Notes under the pieces: generated by a model
Told to the model about the DNA's origin: nothing
The model's input: only the letters and a program-made list of their open reading frames with translations
Databases searched by the model: none
Shown here: positions 23,552 to 31,890 of the stretch, piece after piece
How the letters are laid out: each line of letters opens with the position of its first letter
Numbering within the stretch: position 1 is the stretch's first letter
Position numbers and translations under genes: made by a program
From: Cupriavidus necator
GTDB taxonomy: Bacteria; Pseudomonadota; Gammaproteobacteria; Burkholderiales; Burkholderiaceae
Direction of reading: 5' to 3'
Assembly (NCBI RefSeq): GCF_016127575.1
Contig: NZ_CP066018.1
Coordinates: 2,070,001 to 2,102,000 of the forward strand
Length of the DNA: 32,000 nt

Positions 23552-24238
23552 TCAGCCCTCACCCCGCTGCGAAAACCCCCTCAAAAACAACCGAACAGCA
23601 CGCCGCACCTTCTCACGCCGCGGCGCATCCAACCCCGCCGCATCCAATCCCTGAACCGCCCGATGGAACGGCTCAGCCGCCACGCTTTGCAGAAACTGCG
23701 AGGCCACGAAGGCGATCTCTTCATCGCTCGGATTGCCGGCAGCCCATGTGCGGAATACCGGCTCGAATGAGCGTGCCGCGCCGAGGATGGCGAAGTCGAC
23801 CACGGTTCGGGCCAGTTGTGGAAACCGTGGTGCTTCGGCAATCGTCACGCGATACAGGCCCAGGACCTCGGGTCGCAGGATCCATTCGAGCAGCTCGCAG
23901 GCCATGCGGACCAGGCGCTCCTCCAGCGGCTCGCTGTCGGCTTGCGCCGGCTGTCCGGTTCGCAGGTTCTGCGCCACGTAGCGCAGCACGGCCGCCTCGA
24001 AGACTTCTGCCTTGCCGGCAAAGCGGGTGTAGTAGGTCTTCTTGGAAATGCCGGCGGCGGCGGCAATGGCCTCCACGCTGGTGGCGCCAAAGCCATGCTC
24101 GATGAAGAGCCGGGTGGCGTGATCCATGATGGTGTCGGCAAGCTGCCCGGCCCGTTCCAGCGAGGGACGTCCGGATGGCCGCACGGATGGTTGTCTGGAT
24201 GGCGCCGCCGTCATTGCGGTTTCTCTGCCCTTGCGCAT
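23552..24238 (-). CDS. TetR-family transcriptional regulator (intact copy)
   Basis: HTH ATRLFIEHGFGATSVEAIAAAAGISKKTYYTRFAGKAEVF. It is divergent from the MpaB-like gene. The start is uncertain (24238 or 24217; the track ORF extends to 24301). Confidence 0.85.
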   Translation of the reverse strand: MRKGRETAMTAAPSRQPSVRPSGRPSLERAGQLADTIMDHATRLFIEHGFGATSVEAIAAAAGISKKTYYTRFAGKAEVFEAAVLRYVAQNLRTGQPAQADSEPLEERLVRMACELLEWILRPEVLGLYRVTIAEAPRFPQLARTVVDFAILGAARSFEPVFRTWAAGNPSDEEIAFVASQFLQSVAAEPFHRAVQGLDAAGLDAPRREKVRRAVRLFLRGFSQRGEG

Positions 24239-24339
24239 TGCAATACTGTTCTCCGCTGTCGGCCTGATTGGGTGAGTGCCACGGCAGATGCGGGCCCGCA
24301 TCTGCGCATAGGGAAAGCATGGACTTGCGCATCGGCATC

Positions 24340-24397
24340 GGGCGTCCTATAAAGGAAACGGTCTCGTTTCCTTTGCCGTTTTCTTTATAGGACGCCC
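24340..24397. promoter_or_regulatory. Nested palindromes in the TetR/MpaB divergent intergenic region; likely TetR operator
   Basis: Outer inverted repeat gggcgtcctataaag (24340-24354) / ctttataggacgccc (24383-24397). Inner palindrome gaaacg-gtct-cgtttc (24355-24370). Confidence 0.55.
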
Positions 24398-24462
24398 CAT
24401 CCATTTGGCCAAGAATTATAAGAGGGCTGCATGCAGCCCTCCCGCCGCTCCAGGAGACCCGA

Positions 24463-25680
24463 ATGTCGCATGATGGCAGGCTGTCCCCCGCGTTGCCGGG
24501 CCGTGCAATTGACCAGGCCGCGCTTGCGGCGCGTTTCGGCGCCGAAGCCACGGCGCTGGTGATGGAAATGGCCGCCAGCGCCGATCCGCTGGCCGATGCG
24601 GCCATCGCCGCGCTGAACAGCGGACAGGCCGGCCATCCGGCGATCTTGCAAGCGGGCCTGCGGGAAGGGCGCGCAAGCCTGTCGAGCCCGCCCGAGGCCA
24701 TCGACGCCTTGCTCCGGCAGGCCGAGTGGATCCCGCCGTGGGTGGATCCCGAACGCATACGGCGCGGGGCCGAAGCCTATCTGAGCATTGGCGCGCTGTG
24801 GACGAGCATCTCGCTTGGCCCGGGGTCGCTGGCGCATACCTATAGTTCTCCGGCCATTGCCAGCGTACTGATGGCCACCGGCAACCTGGATGCGCAATCT
24901 CCGCGGCGCCTGCTGGAAACGGCCGTCTGGCAGCAACAGACGCTGCGCCCGGGCGGCCTGGCGGCCGGTGCGCAGGGCTATATACATACCTTGCAGGTTC
25001 GCATTCTGCACGCCCGCGTCCGGGCCGGCTTGCTGGCGCGCGGATGGGACACCGCGCAACGCGGCATGCCCATCAGCCAGCTCGACATGTTGCGCACGTG
25101 GCTGGATTTCACCTTCGTGCCCTTCAACGCGCTGGAGAAGATTGGCATTGAATTTGATGCCGACGAGTTTCGCGACCTCTACCACGTGTGGCAACTGGTG
25201 GCCCACTTGCTGGGGATTGAAGACCGCTACTACCGCCGGGTGACCGACCAGGCGTCCGGCGCGGAAATGCTGGCGCTGATCGATGCAGCCGCCGGCGAGC
25301 CCGATCAGGCCGCCGCGACGCTGACGGCCAAGATGCTGGATGCGGCCGCCCAACGCCTGGGGCCTGCCCTGGGCATGCCCGCAGACGCGGCGGTGGGTCT
25401 GATGCACGCTTTCTGCCGGCTGTTCCACGGCGACGACTTTGCCGACAAGCTGGGCGTGCAACGCAACTGGTGGAGCGGGCTGATGCCGGTCTTCGCCAAT
25501 TCGAACCGCTACCAGCGCCTGCTTGAGCGGAGCGACCCCGAGGTCCGGCAACGCAAGATCGCCGCCACGCTGGCGGCGTTCGATCAGCAGATCGCGGCGC
25601 TCAAGGGGGAGACGACTTATCAGCACAACCTGAGTGCGTACTCGGGGGCGGGGATGCCCAGGACGCTTGCGGGTGCGTGA
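24463..25680 (+). CDS. MpaB/DUF2236-family oxygenase-like protein
   Basis: This is a family resemblance judged by eye, e.g. YIHTLQVRILHARVRAGLL...GMPISQLDMLRTWLDFTF. It has the typical divergent TetR partner. Confidence 0.6.
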   Translation: MSHDGRLSPALPGRAIDQAALAARFGAEATALVMEMAASADPLADAAIAALNSGQAGHPAILQAGLREGRASLSSPPEAIDALLRQAEWIPPWVDPERIRRGAEAYLSIGALWTSISLGPGSLAHTYSSPAIASVLMATGNLDAQSPRRLLETAVWQQQTLRPGGLAAGAQGYIHTLQVRILHARVRAGLLARGWDTAQRGMPISQLDMLRTWLDFTFVPFNALEKIGIEFDADEFRDLYHVWQLVAHLLGIEDRYYRRVTDQASGAEMLALIDAAAGEPDQAAATLTAKMLDAAAQRLGPALGMPADAAVGLMHAFCRLFHGDDFADKLGVQRNWWSGLMPVFANSNRYQRLLERSDPEVRQRKIAATLAAFDQQIAALKGETTYQHNLSAYSGAGMPRTLAGA

Positions 25681-25923
25681 TAGGGGCGGGCGATACTGAC
25701 TGGCACGGCAGGCCGACGGGAGAAAGGGGACCCTTTCATCCCGTCCCAGGAGATCGCGGACTGCTCCGCCAAGGTGGCTGATATTGCCGGCTCCAGAATC
25801 CTGAGCGTTTGCCGCATTGGAGGAACATCTTGCTCTCAGCCGTTCGCTTTCACGACAAGCTTGATCAGCTCGCTCTGCGCAACGCTTCTTTGCAGGACTC
25901 GAGCCAGAGCCCTGCTACCTTAC

Positions 25924-26355
25924 TCAGAAGGGCCAATGTGGCCCGCGATGTGCTCGACATTTTTGCGACGCGATGACAAGGGTGTTGGAATGCATCCGCG
26001 GCGCATCAATTTGTGCGGCGCTATGCCGCTCAGGAAGCTGACGAGTAACCCATCGATCAGTCGCGAGAAACACCGCTACAAATAGGCAGACACCAATGGC
26101 GTAGGAGAGAGATGCCCGCAACCGTTCGCCCGGCCGGCGCAGTAAGACAAACAGCAAAAGCAGCAGACCGCAGAGCGCCAATACAGCTGCGCAGAAGACT
26201 GTGATGCCAGCAATCGCAGCTAATGGGCCGGTTGTGACCTGTGCGAGCGTAACGGGCGTCCGAGCGGCAATCACCGCGAACGTTATACCCAGCAAGGTCA
26301 TGGCCATGGCACATAGATCCACTAGGCGAACTACCTTACTTGCTTTGCGTTTCAT
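25924..26355 (-). CDS. Polytopic membrane protein, candidate immunity protein to the adjacent lipase effector
   Basis: Three to four hydrophobic helices (MAMTLLGITFAVIAA, LAAIAGITVFCAAVLALCGLLLLLFVLL, AIGVCLFVAVFLA). The ATG abuts the lipase stop with 0-nt spacing. Confidence 0.6.
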   Translation of the reverse strand: MKRKASKVVRLVDLCAMAMTLLGITFAVIAARTPVTLAQVTTGPLAAIAGITVFCAAVLALCGLLLLLFVLLRRPGERLRASLSYAIGVCLFVAVFLATDRWVTRQLPERHSAAQIDAPRMHSNTLVIASQKCRAHRGPHWPF

Positions 26356-27051
26356 CTACCTAAGCCCTTCGGCAACAAGACGTTCCGCCAGTGCCGCCCA
26401 ACGTCGCGGACTGTCCGAAACGACATGAGCATAATAGAAATGTCCTTCGCCTTTTCCTGCAAGCATCTGCCTGCTGAGCAATGGGGCACCAGCCACCAAC
26501 TCCAGCCACGGAATGCCTGCATGGATCGGATCCCCATACTGCACCAGGTCAATCACGATAACCTTCCGGATGTTCCGATGGCCGCGCAGGTCCGTGAGAA
26601 ACGCTTCGGCGATTGGCGACCCTACCAGAACCAGATGGTCGATGATATGCCCTTGCCTGGCGTATGACCACGCGGTCTGAGCGGCCAGCAATGACCCATA
26701 GCTGTAGCCGATCAGGTTGAACTGAGGTGCCTCCGCAGCCATGCCGCTGGTGATTGTCCATTCGCCATCGTCGCGGTTTCGGATCACCATGCCAGACCGG
26801 ATGGCATCCAGCAGCATGCCACCCAAGGCGTAGTCTTGCGGCAACGCGTGCGTTGCAGAGTTGGTCAGCCCGGCAAAGCACTGGGAAATGCCGGCTCGAC
26901 GGAAGGCTGCCAGCTGAGGTTGGACGTATTGGCCATCCAGCCCAGCACCACCCCAATACAATGTACCCCGCGGCCGCAACAGGTACACCTTGACTGGTTC
27001 CCTATCCGAAACCGGCGTCAGCCGGACGTTGACAGTCTTGAGCGGTTGCAT
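26356..27051 (-). CDS. Alpha/beta-hydrolase with GxSxG nucleophile elbow; candidate T6SS lipase/esterase effector
   Basis: NLIGYSYGSLLAAQ (G-Y-S-Y-G) and a later LVLVGSPI strand. The start lies 2 nt after the PAAR stop. Confidence 0.65.
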   Translation of the reverse strand: MQPLKTVNVRLTPVSDREPVKVYLLRPRGTLYWGGAGLDGQYVQPQLAAFRRAGISQCFAGLTNSATHALPQDYALGGMLLDAIRSGMVIRNRDDGEWTITSGMAAEAPQFNLIGYSYGSLLAAQTAWSYARQGHIIDHLVLVGSPIAEAFLTDLRGHRNIRKVIVIDLVQYGDPIHAGIPWLELVAGAPLLSRQMLAGKGEGHFYYAHVVSDSPRRWAALAERLVAEGLR

Positions 27052-27053
27052 GG

Positions 27054-27608
27054 TTATGCACCCTCCCCAAAGACCACAAGCCTGACCGTCGCCGCACGGT
27101 CCGCGAACACAGGTGTGGTGAAGCCGTTGCTGTCGGTGTGGCCTTCATGCGTTCCGGTATCGCCGATCAGGCGATACCGCCAGTTTGCCAAGGGCCGTCC
27201 GCTGCCTTCATCAAGCAACTGGATGCGCTGGTCGTAGCTGGCGGGCTCGCCTGAGTGCAACGCTTGCGTGGTCGCAGCAAAGCCGCTGGGCATAGCGACA
27301 CGCAGCTTCGCAATGTGGTCCGCGGTGATAGTCATCGTGAACGGACGCGAGGCATGAAAGACAGGCGCTGGTCGGCAACCGCATGCACAGATGTCTCCGC
27401 TGAGGGCCACTTCCTTGCCTCTATCTCTAGAGGGGATGCGCGGACCGACACAGACAATCACGCCCGGGCGCTTGCATACAGGGCAGTAGACGGCATCGCC
27501 CTCGCGGGCAACTGGCTTGCTGTGCCAGAAGTAGGAACTGCTGCCGCCAACGATGACAGCGCCGTTGTCGGCCTTGTCGCCTCTGACCAGATAGGTTCGG
27601 GTCACCAT
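27054..27608 (-). CDS. PAAR-domain protein (T6SS spike tip) with C-terminal beta-rich (transthyretin-like?) extension
   Basis: YLVRGDKADNGAVIVGG...AREGDAVYCPVCKRPGVIVC...LSGDICACGCRPAP. The C-terminal part reads YRLIGDTGTHEGHTDSNGFTTPVFADRAATVRLVVFG. GAGGG lies 6 nt before the ATG. Confidence 0.85.
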   Translation of the reverse strand: MVTRTYLVRGDKADNGAVIVGGSSSYFWHSKPVAREGDAVYCPVCKRPGVIVCVGPRIPSRDRGKEVALSGDICACGCRPAPVFHASRPFTMTITADHIAKLRVAMPSGFAATTQALHSGEPASYDQRIQLLDEGSGRPLANWRYRLIGDTGTHEGHTDSNGFTTPVFADRAATVRLVVFGEGA

Positions 27609-27865
27609 GGCGCGCCCTCAGCGTCGGAACGAACGTAAGCCAAGATCGGCGCAGGGCAGAGGTCTTTCGATCTCTCAAGATGAAGGTTATCGTTTCTGAT
27701 TGAGGCCATTTTCCGTGTTCCATGAGCATGGCAGGTCGCCACCAAGACATGGAACTAGCCGTGCGGTATGGAATCAATCAGGCAAATCCTAAAGTGGCCG
27801 TTGAAATTGCGTCCATATATTCACCCGGCTCCATTGAACGATTCATGCGACTGACCGCATAAGCT

Positions 27866-28844
27866 ATGACATCGGACAGCGAAACCGCTTCCTCCAACGA
27901 CGTCGCGCTCGTGTGCCAGGCCATCGTGGCCGCCTATGGCATAGACGTGATCAATGTGCGTGAAGTCGTACGGGGGGTGAACCGCACCTTCTCCCTCTGC
28001 GACTCTGGCGATCGGACGCTTCGCCAGTACAGAACCCATGGCCGGGGCGAAGACGATGTTGACGCCGAGTTGCGGTTGCTTGAGCGGATCGAGCAGGATG
28101 AGGTGCTGGCAGTATCGGTCGCACATCCAACGCTAGAAGGAGCGCGTAGCTTTCGTGTTGCCCTGTCGGATGGCGCGATGCGTCATGCAGCGTTGTTCTA
28201 TGGGGCAGACGGGCGTCCGTTGGAAATGACGAGGGATGATCTTGGCGTGGCAGCGCAGGCGCTGAAACGCCTTCATGACCAGCCGTCGCTAAAGGATTAC
28301 GCGCCTCGCAGGCAAATCGCAGATATTCGTGAAGCTGGTCGGACGCTGAACCGTCTAGCAGAAAAATTCACCTTCGCTGGAAGTGCCGTCGGTTGCGGTT
28401 CGGGAGCGTTGTGAGCGCTTGGTGGCGGCGGGCTGGTCGGCTGCTGAGATGCCGTTCGGCTTTTGCCACGGCGACTATCGTGTGGGGAACATGCGGATCG
28501 ATGGCCCCCGGATCACGTTATTCGACTTCGACGATTGCGGATGCGGGCTGCAATGGTTCGATCTGGCCACCATTGGATGGTGGCTTGAGATTGACGGCAG
28601 ATGCGATGCGGCCTTTTTGTGGCGCGCGTTCGTCAGTGCCTACATGCCGGCATTGCATGGATCTCTGGCCTTCTGCCATGCAATCTCGCTTCTGATCCTA
28701 CTTAACGAGATTAACTCGATTCGCTTCTTGCTCGATTACTGTGCACTGGATGATGATCGGTGGCGCGACGTGTGCAAGCGCCTGGATGATATGAGCTACC
28801 GGGCGGTATCGGGGCAGCTTGCGATTAACCGTTGGCCTGCGTGA
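27866..28844 (+). pseudogene. Frameshifted paralogue of the APH-fold kinase gene 20010..20984
   Basis: Split into ORFs 27866..28414 and 28383..28844, both colinear with the 324-aa kinase. By my alignment a 1-nt length difference lies at about 28385-28405. The last 30 or so nt of an AsnB-like gene (IERFMRLTA*) are retained at about 27845-27862. Confidence 0.85.
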
Positions 28845-28864
28845 ACATGCTGCAATGCCTGTCG

Positions 28865-28990
28865 ATGGGGCCTCACGTGAATCTGTATGGTGCAATGAAA
28901 GTGCGCGCTGCGAAGCAGGGCGATCTGGGGTGGTTGCAGGTCCTGGGGAGATTCCTGCTTGCTGACCCAGCTTCATAAATGGAGCCTGGG
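28865..28990 (+). pseudogene. GNAT acetyltransferase remnant with an internal deletion of about 420 bp
   Basis: Colinear with 21005-21085, then jumps to 21509-21553. The junction tcctg|gggagattcc is at about 28945, with ctg microhomology on both sides in the intact copy. Confidence 0.8.
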
Positions 28991-29040
28991 GAGAGGCTCG
29001 CCACCGCAACCCAGCGGCGACGCCAATCTTTCCCAGTCGC

Positions 29041-29250
29041 CTAGCCCATGGGCTGGCGAAAGTAACTCCGCCCAGATAAGCCAGATAGCAGATTCTGCGC
29101 CGCGTAGCACTGCATGGCCGCCTTGAAGACTTCTGCGTTGCCGGCAAAGCGGGTGTAGTAGGTCTTCTTGGAAATGCCGGCGGCGGCAATGGCCTCCACG
29201 CTGGTGGCGCCAAAGCCATGCTCGATGATGAGCCGGCCGGGGTGACCCAT
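29041..29250 (-). pseudogene. Chimeric remnant: TetR N-terminal HTH fragment fused to the 3' end of a PD-(D/E)XK nuclease paralogue
   Basis: MGHPGRLIIEHGFGATSVEAIAAAGISKKTYYTRFAGNAEVF matches the TetR copies (with a 3-nt deletion). The tail ...RSYFRQPMG matches the C-terminus of 21604..22446 (GGRYFRQPMG). The junction is near 29090. Confidence 0.7.
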
Positions 29251-29330
29251 GCACTACACCTCCGGCTGTGACCGCTCGCAAGCGGCTGTCCAGGGGCTTA
29301 GGTAGCTCTAAGCCATTTGTAGGCTCAACC

Positions 29331-30161
29331 TTACAATGGCTTACCGTTGTTCCATCCGCGGCTCGGCTCGGCGACGGGTTCTGATTGAGGCGGCGGGGCC
29401 TGAGGCTTCGTGCCCCTCGTCCATCCGCGACTTGGCTCGGCGGCAGGCTCAAATCGAGGCGGCGGCGCGTGGCGGTTCGCTCGCGGCCTGCCAGGCGGCG
29501 GGGTCGAAGCGGTCACTTGCCCCGGCGCGCAAAGGGCGGCGACAGAATCGTGCTCGTCCCCTGTAGCCGTATGGACGATCGCTATTGCTTCGTCCATGTT
29601 CAGGCCATCATCCGCTAGTACGCGCAGGCATTCGATTAGATTTTCTCTGGTAGGGCGATAGTGCCCACTGGCGTTGGAGATTTCGCGAAGGATGCCTTCT
29701 TTGACCACAATCTCGCCAGCGCAGATCACACTATTGCCAGCATTGAGCGACGAGTGATTGAATTGCGAGCTGACGTTGCCGACCAGGCGCCCGTTTTCGG
29801 TGCTGTTCTGCACGAACAGGTTTCCGTAGAGATCCATGGCATAGATCGTGATGCCCTTGGGCGTCGAATACCAGGCACCGTTGCGGCTAAGCCGCCCATT
29901 TGACACGGTAAGCATCGTTCCAAGGCGCTCATGCTTGCGCATATAGTGGACATACATGCTTTGGCTCGAGATGGGAGCCAGCTTCTCGTAGGCAGTGAAG
30001 TCCTCTGGCCTGAACTGATCGAACGGTCGACCTTGGACCAACGGAGATGGCTGCCTTGTGTGAACATCATGGGCGAAGCTTCCGCCCACCGGCGAAATCG
30101 TCACGTCCAATCCATACGTTATCGCATCGCGAAACTGGTTCCTAGCTTGAATGAACAGCAT
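29331..30161 (-). CDS. Hypothetical protein (toxin-like?) with a Pro-rich tandemly repeated C-terminus; possibly the 3' part of a frameshifted gene
   Basis: Core region YAMDLYGNLFV...NHSSLNAGNSVICAGEIVVKEGILREISNASGHYRP; I do not recognise the family. The C-terminal repeat EP(A/V)AEPSRGW occurs twice (DNA units at 29352-29399 and 29421-29468, period 69 bp). Confidence 0.5.
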   Translation of the reverse strand: MLFIQARNQFRDAITYGLDVTISPVGGSFAHDVHTRQPSPLVQGRPFDQFRPEDFTAYEKLAPISSQSMYVHYMRKHERLGTMLTVSNGRLSRNGAWYSTPKGITIYAMDLYGNLFVQNSTENGRLVGNVSSQFNHSSLNAGNSVICAGEIVVKEGILREISNASGHYRPTRENLIECLRVLADDGLNMDEAIAIVHTATGDEHDSVAALCAPGQVTASTPPPGRPRANRHAPPPRFEPAAEPSRGWTRGTKPQAPPPQSEPVAEPSRGWNNGKPL

Positions 30162-30519
30162 TCGCTCGACGGAGTAGCCCAGGTTGAAGGGGAACGCCTA
30201 TGCGGGGGCCGTAGAGTTGCTTCTTGCGTTGGAACTGCTCGTAATTCATAAGTAAGAGCACCTGCTTGCGAAGGTCCTGCACAGCAACGCTTCGCAACGC
30301 GCTGTTCTTCGATTCTTTCCCCTCCTTAATCTTCATCCACTCGTCACACGCACCCAAGAGGGTGCCAAGATGCTGCATACGCCCATCTGCTGTCGGCGGT
30401 GGATTGGTCACCCATGTCTCCAGCAGAAAGTCGATTTGCAGTAGCTTCTTCCTGCCTCGAAAGCCAGAAAGCGCAGTCTTACTCTTAAATGCCTCCAGAC
30501 TGATCAGGGTGGGTTTCAT
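30142..30519 (-). CDS. Hypothetical protein; probable 5' part of the same gene as 29331..30161
   Basis: Strong AGGAGG lies 6 nt before ATG 30519. It overlaps the downstream ORF by 20 nt. The downstream frame stays open upstream of its ATG (AFPFNLGYSVERM...) back to a stop at about 30205. Confidence 0.5.
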   Translation of the reverse strand: MKPTLISLEAFKSKTALSGFRGRKKLLQIDFLLETWVTNPPPTADGRMQHLGTLLGACDEWMKIKEGKESKNSALRSVAVQDLRKQVLLLMNYEQFQRKKQLYGPRIGVPLQPGLLRRANAVHSS

Positions 30520-30662
30520 GTGGTGCCTCCTGTAGACTGGAATGATGAGCAGTGCTAGCGCCGGCTTTCGCGCAGCGCTATTGGCTCAGCAAAGGTAGTC
30601 CATCATGAGTCCGCGCCAGGCCCTGTGCAATACCTGGAAACTGGTAGTAGTGAATGTACCCA

Positions 30663-31119
30663 TTACCAGTGAGAGGACCGCAAGGCCGGGGAACAGGAGT
30701 CCGATGGCAACAAAAAAAGGTTCTTCGAAGAATTCCGGGGAACGCTGCGCGGATTTTGAGGAAGAAGGCCAACTTGTGCGGCGCTATGCCGCTCAGGAAG
30801 CGGACGCGTAACCCGTCGGTCCGTCGCGAGAAACACCGCTACAAACAGGCAGACACCAATGGCGTAGGAGAGAGACGCCCGCAGCCGTTTGCCCGGCCGG
30901 CGCAGAAAGACAAAAAGCAAAAGCAACAGACCGATGAGCGCCAATACAGCTGCGCAGAAAACGGTGGTGCCAGCTATCGCAGCTAATGGGCCGGTTGTGG
31001 CTCGTGCGAGTGTAACGGGCGTCCGAGCGGCAATCACCGCGAACGTTATACCCAGCAAGGTCATGGCCGCGGCACATAGAATCCACTAGGCGAACCACCT
31101 TGCTTGCGTTGCGGTTCAT
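30663..31119 (-). pseudogene. Orphan, frameshifted paralogue of immunity candidate 25924..26355
   Basis: MNRNASKVVRLVD (frame of 30793..31119) then MTLLGITFAVIAARTPVTLA... (frame of 30663..31064). There is one extra A at 31080/31081 relative to copy 1. It retains catctacctaagccc, i.e. the last few nt of a lipase gene, upstream. Confidence 0.75.
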
Positions 31120-31275
31120 CTACCTAAGCCCGTCTATCCCCGTCGTCAAATCGCGCTAGATGGGGGAGGGCACGCAGGAAAAAATGGTTGATGCTGTGCT
31201 ATCCCACGGTACCCCGTCCGGCGCGACCGTTGGATGGAGCCCAAACTCCGTCATGGTGCTACCGCAATTCGTGCG

Positions 31276-31599
31276 TCACGCCGCAGCCACTGAGAACATG
31301 ACTCGAATCACTCTGGTGTCCAAGGCATAGCAGGCAACGGAGGCCACCACGGCTATGCCGGCTACCATCAGCAATGAGCGACGCTGGTCGGGGATGGTCC
31401 AGAGCAAGTATCCCAACGCCCCAAGCCATACCAGCACAAGGATCAGGTCAGCCAGAAGTACCGCAGCTGACACAACGCCCGCATAGCCAACGAACATATC
31501 GTCCCGTGTTGGCGCAGCAACTATGTGAAAGAGGCTTAGCCCGATAGGCGAAGCAGGCAGCAATACGGAAGGCAGCAGGAATAACCAACGCAGAACCAT
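31276..31599 (-). CDS. Small polytopic membrane protein (107 aa)
   Basis: MVLRWLFLLPSVLLPASPIGLSLFHIV..., VSAAVLLADLILVLVWLGALGYLLW, LLMVAGIAVVASVACYAL. GGAGGGG lies upstream of ATG 31599; the track ORF extends to 31686. Confidence 0.55.
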   Translation of the reverse strand: MVLRWLFLLPSVLLPASPIGLSLFHIVAAPTRDDMFVGYAGVVSAAVLLADLILVLVWLGALGYLLWTIPDQRRSLLMVAGIAVVASVACYALDTRVIRVMFSVAAA

Positions 31600-31890
31600 C
31601 ACCTCACACCCCTCCGCTACGATTCGAGCGGCCAACGCCTGCAGCCCATAGATCCCCAAGGGTGAGCCACCGTGCTTGGCCTGCATTTCATCCAGATAAA
31701 TCCATCGGCAAAATGATACTGCGCCATTGTCTCCCAGCGCCTGGGGAAAAATCCTGAAAACCAGGGCGATATTTCGCTAACATCTGATTTGAATAATTCA
31801 ATCCGCATTTTTAGGGAAAGACTTATAGATCGAATGACTACCTTCGTTTAGATTCCTCGATTCAAGCTATTTGCTGGGGGACATCCTGTG

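Noticed and set aside
23536-25626. Long ORFs 23536..24105 (+), 23721..24758 (-), 24385..25626 (-), and their twin 14048..14611 (+)
   Set aside because: They are antisense to or overlapping the TetR copies and the MpaB-like gene. The products are Pro/Arg/Ala-rich and low-complexity, and the 14048/23536 pair is duplicated only because the TetR DNA is duplicated.
25774-26085. 103-aa plus-strand ORF between the MpaB-like gene and the immunity gene
   Set aside because: It overlaps the 3' end of the minus-strand membrane-protein gene, and part of it lies in the duplicated immunity segment. It has no RBS or motifs.
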